A stretch of 63,892 bases of DNA, filler included, from Hausera hauseri (taxonomy: Eukaryota): NCBI GenBank assembly GCA_046269625.1. It is 12 parts of 12 records of this genome, joined end to end, with 100 filler letters (N's around TTAATTAATTAA, not from the genome) between each part and the next. Parts side by side here need not be neighbours in the genome. Positions count along the whole stretch, not along the records: positions 22,975 to 27,321 come from JBJURY010624331.1; positions 27,422 to 32,625 come from JBJURY010308276.1; positions 32,726 to 36,851 come from JBJURY010746431.1; 9 more parts are not named here. One strand, 5' to 3'. The first letter of the stretch is position 1, and each line of letters begins with the position of its first letter. The notes under the pieces are model-generated. The model was not told where the DNA came from, did not search any database, and saw only the letters and a program-made list of their open reading frames with translations. Made by a program: the position numbers and the translations under genes. Positions 24,919-36,951 of the stretch are shown here, piece after piece.

Positions 24919-26647
24919 AGGGAATCATCAGAAATGTGTCTAGATGCCGAATTTATGGATGTATACAAAGGTTGTCATGGTGTCATAATGGTATTAGATA
25001 TGACTAAATCATGGTAATGTATATTTGTGTTATCATAACATATTTGTATAGGACTTTGTCATATATTGAACGAGAATTACCAAACGTACCTGATGGATTA
25101 CCGGTATTATTAGTTGCCAATCATAGAGACATGGGTCATCATCGTACAATTACTGCTGATCAAGTTTATGCCCTTATTGATGAATTACATGATGGGTGTA
25201 GATGTGTACGTTATACTGAGGCATCGATGAAAAATGGCTATGGATTGATTTATGTTCATCGGTTCTTCAATATCCCATTTTTGAGATTACAACGCGACAC
25301 ATTATTGCGGCAATTGGAGACAAATAAGGAAGATACAGATGTGGCATTGAGGGAATTGACAGAAATGGAGGAATCATCTGATTATACATATGATAGATTC
25401 ATTCAATCTGTACGCAATGCTAAGAAACCGACATCATTACCAATCCAATCAGTTCCTCCGTCACAGATCAATTCTCCATGTAGTCCTACTGACTCAGTGG
25501 TGAGTAATATCGACTGTAAAAGACGAGCAAGATCAGCTAATCCACCACCAGACATGCAGCAAAATGGACTTAGGCCTGTTATTTATCCTCCTCAGGCACG
25601 GCCTATTCCTGGGATGGAGAAATTGGGTTTATATCCATTACCGGTTCCTAATGATGATGTTGTTACGTTACCAATGGGACAAGGAGGGGCGGGGAAACAG
25701 TGTAATACTAGTGATAATGCGTTTGATTTTGTTCCAGTTGAGGATAAATGCGAATTATCGACATTTTTTGGTGAATCAGGAATAACATCATCAACATGCA
25801 CATCATCAGCAGCAGCAGCAATACAATTGGGGAAAATGTAAATAATCATTGGAATATAATTGATGACATGTGACGTAATTGTAGAAATGTGTCATCATCA
25901 CCATCGTCATCATCATCAGATGAATGTGGTAATGATAATCATAGAGACAGCGGCAAGAAGAATAAAATGAATCCCATGGTAGCCATTTTACAAGATGATG
26001 TTGATATTGACAAAACAAATATCCATGGTAACAATAATGACAATGAATATTTATCAAATACTAATTACCATGGTTACAATAAACATTTATCATCATCATC
26101 GTCATCGTCGTCAATGTCATCATCATCATCACTGCATATTGGAATTAACAATAACAATATTCTTCGTCGTATCGGTTAGTCCTTTTTTATTTTATGGCTT
26201 CAAATATCCTTCTGACTTGTCATCTATATCCTTTGTATTATTTGCTTCATATTTTCATCCTATATAATTCAATGGGGACTATTTTGTCATAAAATTTATC
26301 GAATATTTGCCACATGCAAAATTAATTGCAAAATCATATTTAGTAAATGCCACGAAATCCAAAGACAACGCAAATATCGTAGAATCAGACATAAAGAGAA
26401 AACATTCCAACAAAATTAGTCAACACAGCAATCAAATGCAACAATCGAATATTACAACAACAAACAAATCGAATGTAAATTTGGAAACGTCAGCAATGAA
26501 ATGTAAATAATTTATCATCATCATCACCACCATAATGTTGTTATAGTAACTGATAATTATGATTATCGTCATGACGATGATGATGACAAATTAGAAATGG
26601 CGACATCAAAAAAAAAGAAAAGCAAACATAGGAAATCACATTCACAG
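24919..26647 (+). CDS. RABL6: Rab-like protein 6 (RBEL1/PARF), partial, multi-exon; 3' exon boundaries uncertain
   Basis: Exon 24919-25013 (EMCLDAEFMDVYKGCHGVIMVLDMTKSW), a 38-nt intron at 25014-25051, then TLSYIERELPNVP...NHRDMGHHR...YTEASMKNGYGLIYVHRFFNIPFLRLQRDTLLRQLETN, closely matching RABL6. Followed by Ser/Asp/Lys-rich low-complexity exons. Confidence 0.9.
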
Positions 26648-26986
26648 GTAATTCATTGATTATCGTAACACACACAGAAATGATGTCCAATCAAATTGAC
26701 TGACAAATATGCCACCTACGTACACACACACACACACAACATTCATAAAAATATGAGAATAACAAAAAGCAATTTAAACGGATACTAATGTTCAAATTCA
26801 ATTCAAAGTTAATTCAATAAACAGCCAATAGGAAGTCAGGAAATTCAGAAAAGGATGAAAATAAGACTCATTTAATGAGTGAAGGAGATTATTGTTATAC
26901 AAAATTTTATAATAAATCTTTTATGAATAATCTTACAATCATCAGGTGAAGTTGAGGTCGGGATGGTAGAAACCCGATCTACTAGC

Positions 26987-27321
26987 ATGGCGACCAACGC
27001 TTCAAAAGACTTCTTCGAAAGAAATTGATGCATAAAAATTCCAGAAAGGTGACAATGTGGAAACCTTTATTGGAAAATGCGAGAGATACTTCGACTTCAT
27101 AAAGATCTGGGCAACGGATCGGGAAACCGCGGTTTTTGGCCTGTTTGCGGAAGAAGCACAGAAAAAATATTAGCTAGTGTGCCAGAAGGTACAAGGTTAC
27201 CAAAATCGGTTGAGAAAAGCCCTTGCAAAACCAACAACGCTGTGCGGAGATCTGCGGGAAGCATTGGACTACAGAATGAAGATATCAGAACCGGACGCCT
27301 ACTTCAACAAAATCAAACAGC
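26987..27321 (+). mobile_element. Start of a decayed Ty3/gypsy gag (same family as 56936-57394)
   Basis: KKFQKGDNVETFIGKCERYF...GYQNRLRKALAKPTTLCGDLREALDYRMKISEPDAYF aligns by eye with SKFSKGDDVEKFIKGCEKFF...GYQNRLRKVFARLSTLCEDLKEALEYRMNGPEPEAYF on contig 11. Confidence 0.8.
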
Positions 27322-27421
27322 NNNNNNNNNNNNNNNNNNNNNNNNNNNNNNNNNNNNNNNNNNNNTTAATTAATTAANNNNNNNNNNNNNNNNNNNNNNN
27401 NNNNNNNNNNNNNNNNNNNNN

Positions 27422-29530
27422 TTGGTATTGTATCATTTTTAGCAAATTCTATAATCTGCTGGATAACTATTCGGTTGAGATTTTCATTTGCTTTATCCAT
27501 CGTCAAAGCGCGTTGACGGTCTATTAATTCTTCGAGCTAAGCTTCCTTCATTATCATAAGTGCACTTGTCTTAGTTTTTAGTCTTGACAGTGCATTAGCA
27601 TCTACGTGTTTGTTTCCAGGCTTATACTGAAATTCGATATTACATTTAGAAATTTCTTCAATTCATTTGTTAAGCCTGCAGGTGGGATTATTTGCTCGTC
27701 ACGTCAAGGTTGTGACAGCTTTATGATTAGTAACAATTATGATTTTATGTCCGTATACGTAAGCGTTGAAATGTCAAAGTGCTTCTTTAACGGCTAAGGT
27801 TTATAATTCAGTAACTAAATAGTTTTCTCTGCCTTTTTTATGGATCGTCCCCCATAAGCGATTGGGTGCTCCAACTCTTCATCCTCTCGTTTCCGAACTA
27901 ATTCCTATCCAATACATTTTTGCTGGCATCTGTCTTAATTATGAATAATAAATTGAAGTCTGGGTATCGTAAGACTGGTTCGATTGTTAAAATTTTCTTC
28001 ATTTCGTCGAAAGCCTTTTGTTCGACGTCTGTCCATTTCCATTTAATTCCTTTCTTAAGTAGACGATATAAAGGTGCATTTATTTTCGAATAATCTGGCA
28101 CATAGGTGGCGTAATATCCACATAAACCTAACCAGTGTCTTAACTATTTCTGATTTTGCCGCTCTATACAATCTGATATCTTGCGCAATAACGGTTTATC
28201 TGGTTTCGATCCTCCTTCTCCAACTATGTGGCCAATGTAGGATTCTGCATTCTGAGCCCATTTACATATCTTTAGACTCAATTTTAATCATGCTTGTTCT
28301 AATCTCATCAATGTATGCTCAATATCTTTTAAATGCTCCCCTTCTGTTTTCGACGCTATCATTACATCATCTAAGTATGCAAATGCGTGGTCTTGACCCA
28401 TTAACATTTTATTCGTCATTCCTGTAAAAATAGCTGGTCCAGTGGTAATATCAAACGGCATGACATTAAATTCATAGTCACCATTGTGCTTTTTAAATGC
28501 GGTTTTATAGCGGTCTTCATCCTCGATTTCCACTTGCCAATATCCAGATTGTAAGTCCAGAGTAGTAAACCAGTAGTAGAAAACCATTTTTCTCCTGAAA
28601 GCTTATCCAAAGCTTCTTTTACTGACGGTATGGGGTAGGAATCATTCATCATAAGGTCATTCAGTGCACTGTAATCAATACAAAATCGATGTTTTGTAGT
28701 ATCATTCTTTTTAACCATAAGAATTGGTGGCTACCAAGATCCACAGCTGTGCCGAATTATATCGGCTTTAAGTATCCGTTCGACTTCTGTTGTTATCTCG
28801 AGTCTTAATGAATATGGCGGATGATACCATTTCGGCATCTTTTGATCTTCAAGATCTATCTCCTCATTTGAAATAGGCTTCTTATAAAGTGGAATAGTCA
28901 TGGGAAAGCTTTGCCCTCCCAATATCCTCGTCGTCTTTAGCAATGATTGATTTATAACGGTACAATAATTCATAGAATCGGCAGTAAAATTTACGTGAAA
29001 ACTTAGTTTCAACATGAGGCGGGAACTCGGCATATTTATAAGTTTTTTCTTCCATGGTTATGTCGACACTCTCTAGGCATTTCCTAAGGTAGTATAAGCA
29101 TGAAGTCTGACTTGGGTCGGTGCAGTATTCGCTATCCTGATCGGCATATGACCTGAGTGTACTCTTATTAATGCATTACTAAGTATTTTATTTGGATCTA
29201 ATGTTTCCTTTAGTTCAAAATATAAGGGTTGGTCATCATCTCGTTGGGTTTGCGCGTAGATTATTATCGCTGTTCTTGGTAGAATATTGCCGGCTACTAA
29301 AACCCGTACTTCTTCAAAGTTCTTATCTTTGGCGGTTTTTACGCCTTTATTTTGCCTATGCTTCCTATGCTTCCGGGATCCTTCGTAGATGGTAGATATA
29401 ACTGTTCACTTAACGTTTGAGGAAGTGAGTCGTTTTTTGATGTAAGACATCTCGGAACCTGTGTCGATTAGGTCATAAACTTCCCAATCTTCAATAGTAA
29501 TTTTGGCGAAGGGTCTCCATTCTATTACTG
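27422..29530 (-). mobile_element. Ty3/gypsy-type pol (protease, linker, RT, RNase H), decayed
   Basis: PR YDLIDTGSEMSYI (DTG at 29457-29465); RT RFCIDYSALN, FTTLDLQSGYWQV, YEFNVMPF, AYLDDVMI; RNase H LRYPDFNLLFIIKTDAS. Confidence 0.92.
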
Positions 29531-30064
29531 TTCCAAAACAATTTGATGCAATTTTTTGGCGCTTCGTTGCCGATATCTTGTGACCGTTTTTCCTGATTTC
29601 TGGGGGGATACTATGTTTTCTATTAGTTGTCTTAGTTCCCCATTTGGATATTATTTATTGTTTTCGACGTTCGATTCTTCCGTTTCATGAGTAGTAATTA
29701 ATGGTTCTCGGTTGTTTGTATGCGGTTCTATATTCCGGAAGGTCTGTCGTCTTTTATTCCCCCAGACAGGTGGTCTGGTTTCTATATTTCGAGGTTCCCT
29801 TGGAGAGTACAAAATTCTAGGATAATCCATAGACTGTCGGTAACACATTTTCTGTAGGATTCCATATCGTTCTGTTCCTTCATAAGGGTCTTCCAAGCTA
29901 ATTGTTCTCTTGTAGACTTCTGTATGATACGAACTCATTGGTCGTTTATCGCAATCTTCGTGGACCGCAGCGGACGGGGATAACATGGACAATGGTGCCT
30001 TGTCGATGGAAAATGTCTTATGTCGATCTGTTTTAAAGGGGGCTTCTCCTCCCTTATGCTGGCA

Positions 30065-30359
30065 AGGATTCCCATTTAGCTTTATATCGAGTATCGTCTA
30101 CTACGGAGGTCATGGCTCCGTTTAATTCGTGTGTCCGCTGTCGCGGAAAAGCGAGGAATTGTCTGAAGGCTTCGATTTCCTTAGGCCTATATATGCCTTT
30201 TGACAAGGTGTCTTGAAATTTTTCGTCTGTAATTCCTTTTGCAAGATTTATTCCTGTTAATTTATTTGGAGCGGCAGTAATACCTCAATTTGGCAAACTA
30301 ACCCAATCCGTTTCATTACGCCTAAGCATGGGTTCTCCTAAACTTGCTTTACAATCTTT
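30065..30359 (-). repeat. Diverged direct duplicate of env segment 30792-31087
   Basis: Both copies encode CKASLGEPM...ETDWVSLPN.GITAAP.KLTG.NL.KGI.D.KFQD..SKGIYRPKEIEAFRQFLAFP.QRTHELN..M.S.V.DTRY.AKWES. Confidence 0.9.
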
Positions 30360-30499
30360 ATGACAGAATACGTCTTATGTTGTTTGTTCCTGAAAGTATT
30401 TCTCCTCCTTTAGGCTCGTCATAATCTGAATTATTTCTTAGCGTATTAGGTTTTGTAAATTTCCCCTTGTACAAGAACATAGGCCTTCCTTTTCGTATA

Positions 30500-32330
30500 C
30501 GATTATAATAACCGACATGGCGTTCTACTTCTAATTTCCATCTATTCCCTTCGTATGCTTTTAAGAACTTTCCAAAAGGCGTTATGATTGCAATCAGTAT
30601 TTTACATGAAAATCCGGTTAACGTAAATATTTCATAGCCATTTATTACTGCTTGGATGACTGCCTTAATTAGCTGGATTAAAAAATATATCGCTAAAAAT
30701 CCAGATGCAGCTTGTCAAAAAATTAAAAATCTGCCCCAAATTTTATAGAGTATTTCTGTGGTTACTCGTTGGTAATGGTTTACTTTGAGCCAGGATTCCC
30801 ATTTAGCTTGATATCGAGTATCGTTTACTATGGATGACATGGTTCGATTCAATTCGTGCGTTCGTTGTAGTGGGAAAGCAAGGAATTGTCTAAAAGCTTC
30901 GATTTCCTTTGGCCTGTAAATTCCTTTTGATGAAATGTCCTGGAATTTATCATCTCTGATTCCCTTTACAAGATTAGTTCCCGTTAACTTAATTGGAGCG
31001 GCAGTGATACCTCCGTTTGGCAAACTTACCCAATCTGTTTCGCTGCATCTAAACATTGGTTCTCCTAAGCTTGCCTTACAATTCTTAAGGATCATTGGCT
31101 AAGTCGCGTTATCTAACAATACTGTAGTAAGTGGCATGGCTAGCCGGGAAATATTTTTCTATATAACCGGAAGTTCATGTATACACCGATTCTCTTCGAC
31201 ATCGATCGATACATCCCTTTTTCACATTCGTAAGTAAATAAAATCTCACCGGTAACTCGCCCGAAAATTCTTTCTCTCATAGGAATTATTGGTGATGCTA
31301 ACTCGGGGTTAGAAAAAATGAGAGCTAGTTTTGTTCTCAGAATTTTCATGATTAGCTTACAATCATTCGTTATCATTTTATGGTATAGTTAGGTTATTCC
31401 AACTTGTCCTTTGTAGTAAAAATAATCGTCTCGATTTTTCAAGTAATCTTCAATACGAATATCCTGTGCTTCGAGTTAATAAGTCTAGCAACGTGAAATA
31501 ATTTCATTTTTAATAAGTTTCAGCCCATGTATATCAGAGATCAGTATCGTGGGGGTAGAATGCTCTGCCATGTCTTCGCGCGTTCTTGAGTTACCGTCGA
31601 ATTTATCCACATACCGCTTCCCGGTGGTTTCATTGAATTTCAGTTCCTTAATTTTCATAAAATTACAGTTTCTTCCATAGAGAGGTTCCAATATTATAAC
31701 GTAACTTCTAAAAGCACACATTCCGTCTTTTAAGTGGCAATTTTAATTCTCGGTATACAGTTTAATAACACTGTGAAACATCACTTTCTGTACTCGCATG
31801 TCTGATTCATAGAAATATACAACTACCACGTTCGATTGCAGCCCCTTTCCGGTGTCGTACTCTGACCCATTACAGTGTCCGTTATGCATATCTAGACTCC
31901 AAGCTATTACTTTATAAGTTTTAATTATCTTTCCTGGTTGTATTTCCAGTTCCATACTATCCCATTTTAATCTTTCTGTTTCTTTCGCCTGTTTACAGAG
32001 TTGACGTTCTAAGCTCATAAAAATTACAGGAGTTATTGGTTTGATTATCGGCGAATGTCCGTGCATTAGTCTTCAATGGAAAACTCTACGTGATCGCTGT
32101 AACATACACTACATTCCATCCAGTGATATCAATTCTTGTTTTTGGTGTAGGAAATAACTTTTCTCTTTTGTTTTTAGTTTAGGCGGTCTAGCATATTCGC
32201 ACGCTTCTAGGTCCATTAAGGAGTATTTCTGTCCAAGTTTAAATCTATCACAGTCATAGACCGTAACCGCACCCATCTGTTTTATCAACATCATCAATGT
32301 TAGCTAGCTAATTAATCAGTTCTATTCGTG
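30500..32330 (-). pseudogene. Chuvirus/Jingchuvirales-type envelope glycoprotein (env-like), upstream of the pol on the same strand
   Basis: Signal-like hydrophobic stretch, then VYDCDRFKLGQKYSLMDLEAC. Later motifs: LYHKMITNDC, FGRVTGEILFTYEC, SKGIYRPKEIEAFRQFLAFP and TM ILYKIWGRFLIF*QAASGFLAIYFLIQLIKAVIQAVINGYEIF. Homologous by eye to 43680-45560. Confidence 0.75.
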
Positions 32331-35300
32331 TCTCCATTTACTGTTATCTGTTGTCATCAGATTTCGTAACATGTCTTCGAGTCTGCTACCATTATCGAAC
32401 AATTTTGTCCAGTTTACCTATTGGGGAAAAATCTTAGCCGTACTTTGTGCCAAGCTTGTAGTTCTGTTAAATTCATTTTCTCGACTGGGATTCGTTTTGA
32501 TAACTATGTACAGAAGTACTTTTCTCAGTTCTTCTATCGTGTTCTCCACCATAATTTTTGCGGTCACTGTTTCATCGGTTAGACTACTTTTTGATAACTT
32601 AAACCAAGAATTTATCATTATTCTANNNNNNNNNNNNNNNNNNNNNNNNNNNNNNNNNNNNNNNNNNNNTTAATTAATTAANNNNNNNNNNNNNNNNNNN
32701 NNNNNNNNNNNNNNNNNNNNNNNNNTGTGTTAACATATCACTTTTTTTTGTTTGTTTTGTTTTTCAGTCAAACCAGAAGCAGGCATAATTATCACAAGAC
32801 CCAGATTGTTGACACTTTTTTCAGCTGCTTAAAACCGTTTTTAATCAAATTTCACGCTTTTTCCAAAGTGCACGGAGAAGGAAAAAGGATCATTGGAATG
32901 ATAAGAAATTTCATTGTCTGTCTTTGTTTTTGTAATATTGTAACAAACGTTTGACGTTATTGTTAGAAATGACTCTTTATAATCTGATTAACTCGTCTCG
33001 AGCTGCAAACCGCTTCACCGTAGAGCTAAAGGACAGTTTTATTCTGTTTATTCTCACGGTGGAATCAGAATATTTTAGCTGACGTGTATTTATTTTTGTT
33101 GGCAGATGGTTTTGATCCTGACTTTGTGATTCGTGTGTTCAGTTTCGACCCTGCTATGCACCTGCTCTTCTCAGTGCTTAAAAGATGATTTATGTGTTAT
33201 GGTCACATCGAATTTCAGCAGCTATTGGTCTGCCGCCTTTTGGGACATAAAGCAGCGGTTACAAAGTGCCGCAGGCTCGTTTGGGAGGCGGCACAGACAG
33301 AGAAGATCGGCATCATATAACTGGACCGGGCAAACGCCTGTCCAGAGGGCTGTTACAGCAGTTTGTTTGCTCTTACACTCAAATGAGTTATGGACACACT
33401 AAGGGAGGGAAGGCTGGCAATGGCTGCCATGAATCTTGTGTTGTGAGGATAGGTTCCCTCGACTTAAAGTCTCTAATAACAGTGAAGAGAAAATTGAATT
33501 TATCTGCAAAATCTTCAACCCCAACGTAAGTTCCAACTTGAAATTTTGTTAGTAAATCAATGAACTGAGATGCGACCACTATAATTAAAAATTGAATTAA
33601 TTGTAGCTGTGAAAAATGTGACGGAATATTTACAAGTATAAGTTATGTCATACAAAATGTATAGTTCACACACACATAGTGTAAAACATACAATCAATAT
33701 ATTTTTACTTTAGTTCTGGTTGATTAAATATTTATGTGTACAATGTATTTCACATAAAATATTTATGATACAAACATATATTTTAACATATTGAATACGT
33801 GGTTTAGAGTTTGTTTAGTTGTTGATTGAGTACTCATTTGAGAATGTTTCATGTACACACATATACAAGGTCCGGCAGAAACAGTTATCCATTTTAAATA
33901 TGATATGTTTCAGAATTTGACGATAAAATAATGGTTTGTTACCGCATACCGTACAAATGAACATTTCATAGCTTTTCCGAGCATGTAAATCACGGTAATC
34001 TGATATCCACCGTTGCTGGCACTGCAACCTGCCGCATGAACTCCCACATTCGCCATTACTTCATGTGGGATTTTATGACGTATTCATGCCCCAATTTATG
34101 TTTGAATGTTCGTTAATTCCCAAATGATTGCTGGCCAGTTTGACCAGACTTTGGAGATCCTTGCAGAAAAAAAGGCCAAGAGATCGAGGAGACTAACTGA
34201 CATCGCCAAGCCGGGAAAAAAAATGATTTGGAAGTGATTCAATAACAAACGAAAAGTCAGTACGCAAAGGTAACTGGCGTGGTGAGTTGCTGACTGGTTG
34301 GTTTGCACGGGCCTGGTTAATCGATTGTTGGGTGCTGGCGATTTCCTGGTTATTAGCTAAAGCAATTCTCGTTCCAGAAGCACTGCTTAGTAACGTGATT
34401 GATTGATTTCTCCGCATAATCAAGGGTGAGCTTTAGATCTTTTGCATGAGACCTGAAACGGGCAGTTGTAGTCCTAAGAAGTCCTTCTTAGGAGGATGCA
34501 GCTCCATCTCGTTGGTGTCTAGGAAGTGGGTCGGGGTTCTCCCGGCGATAGTGCAATGCTTGCCCTCACGGACGTGTTCCGCCACTCGTCACTCAAATCT
34601 CTGCCCGTTTGCTGCAGGTTTCCCTACCGTTGCCTGGGGATACAGCGCGGACGTGGGCAAGGAGCTGCGAGGCATGAGGAACACGCAGGAGACGCAAGAA
34701 GGATCGTGAATTACCATCGAATTGGAGTTGTGAATACGATTAGAGAAATTCTGAGGAAGAGGTACGATCCCTTATGTTTCTGCGCGGAGTACAAGGACAA
34801 TAATCTTTGTTCAAACTTGATACTTGAAAAATGTTACAGAAAGAACGAAGAGAGAAAGAAATAAAGAAACAAACAAACAAACAAACACAACGCAGGACGA
34901 GACGTCATTCAAAGACAATCCATAATCGGATGATTAAAAATTTTCAAAATATTTACTTTGTTTAAAAAGAAGCACTGCATAGATAACAGTCCGGATATCA
35001 AACAACGAAACAGAAACAATTGTTCTTCAATCAATTGTCACGCTCCGTGCGGATGAATTAATTTTGTTTCAGGCAGAACACGTTCGTGTTCCTTGTAGAA
35101 CATGCCATATCTACGCTAATCTGTTTCGCCTTAAAATAAAATTGAACAAATATAGAAACATCAACAGACAATTATTACATAAATTACGAAATATGTATGT
35201 CTTCCTTTTTGTGGGTGATCCTGGACAATTTTTTGCTCGTCGTTCCCGAGTACTAGGTAGGATAACGGAGAGTAAGGCTACAGACCAAGTTTGATTTGCA

Positions 35301-36039
35301 TTGCAATTTCATTGCGCCCTTCTCGTGATGGACATCCTTGACCTGTGCTACCGTTCTTGACCTCGTCACGTGGTCGGATGGGGACTATAGTCATTAGTAG
35401 TTTCGGCAATGGACAACACCCCCATTCGAGTACAGGAGGAGCCGGCTGACCCCTGTCTGTTTCTAACATAGTGCACCGAGTCAACGTGACTACAAGAAGG
35501 CAGGGCTTTCTTGATTAACATACCTAGAGGATGACGGCCCTCGCTTCCCAAGATTTAAAGTGTTACTCATTGTTAATTTGTATAGACAGTGTGAAGTACA
35601 TATTTTTACACCGCCCCTGTGAGATTACGACTGACGTTAAGTTAAAACGATAGCATTAGATCAGTTAGTCAGGGTCGTTGTCACTAACATAATTCCCTAA
35701 GGTTGGGGAACACATTCGATGACAGCTTGACGAATCTTTTTCATTCATCTTTGCTACAGAGCGGGGCCCAGAGGTGTTTTCACCTGAGGCAGGAGGAAAA
35801 ATCTTCGCCCTTGTATATATTCTAGTAAGTATTGTTCGCTAAATTGGCGCCCTTTCCAATTGTTCACCCGAAGCAAGTGACTCGTTTGCCTCCCCCTTGT
35901 CCTGGCTCTGCTTTTCTGCATTCGTTAATGCGATGACTGCCTTGCCACTCCTCACCTTGATTTTACCTTTTCATCGATCCATCGGTCGTCAGCTTCTTCT
36001 GTTGGCAAGCAGTGTGCTTGATTTATTTTTGAAAGATCA

Positions 36040-36430
36040 TTACATCGTGTGATATGGAGAATTAATAGCATAGCCTTCTCTTTACCCGGAAGACAACAAC
36101 TTTATAGACCTTGTAGCGAATTTTGCTAAAACTACGCTGCAGAAATGATAACCATCGAGAGAGCCCTCCAAAATATATGGACTGTCTTTGAGAGTGGGCT
36201 AGCCGAACCTCAAGATGTATTTATCTTTTCAGACTCACAAATCATATTACACGAACTAAAATCTTAAGAAGAATCAATTGTAGACACTGCAATCTTGAGA
36301 AGAAAATAGTTGATCACTTTCTTTTGAAGTGTCCAAAACTAGAAGGACTAAGAGACAGATTCCTCCCAAAGTAATGAACAACTGAGGACTGATATAGACT
36401 ACAAATGAACATCTGCACAAGACGTGCACG
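36040..36430 (+). mobile_element. 3' remnant of a non-LTR retrotransposon with RNase H and a C-terminal CCHC (I/Ingi/R1-like group)
   Basis: NYAAEMITIERALQ...VFIFSDSQ (RNase H), followed by CRHCNLEKKIVDHFLLKCPKLEGLRDRF. Confidence 0.7.
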
Positions 36431-36951
36431 ATCTTTACAATGGCATCAGCTGCCAGGAATCCGCAGCTACAGAAAGATCCAACACCACGAACACCACCAA
36501 CACAACCATCTTTCTGATCCAGGGTATTCTAAAAAGACATTTTCCCATTCATGTGCACCAACATCAAACATACCTTTCACGAATAAATCATTGCAAACAC
36601 AGCCGATCTCACCACCCAAAGATCAGGGTAATTTATTACTAGAATATCCAAGAAAAATAATCCCAAGTGCTTCCGCTGAAATTTTAACCCCGTACCTCTA
36701 GCACGCGAGGCGGACGTCCTACCTCGAGACCACTGAGCCAGCATGTAAATAAACATGTAAATAAACTAAGCATTTGGGAACTATAACATCAGATGGCGGA
36801 TGAGTAACCGAGATCGACAGCAGTATAACTCAACTTAAAGTAACATTTCAANNNNNNNNNNNNNNNNNNNNNNNNNNNNNNNNNNNNNNNNNNNNTTAAT
36901 TAATTAANNNNNNNNNNNNNNNNNNNNNNNNNNNNNNNNNNNNNNNNNNNN

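Noticed and set aside
33388-35600. Possible gag start (33388-33579), C2H2-like motif (33815-34027) and other short ORFs on contig 6
   Set aside because: The motifs are too short or degenerate to support a call.
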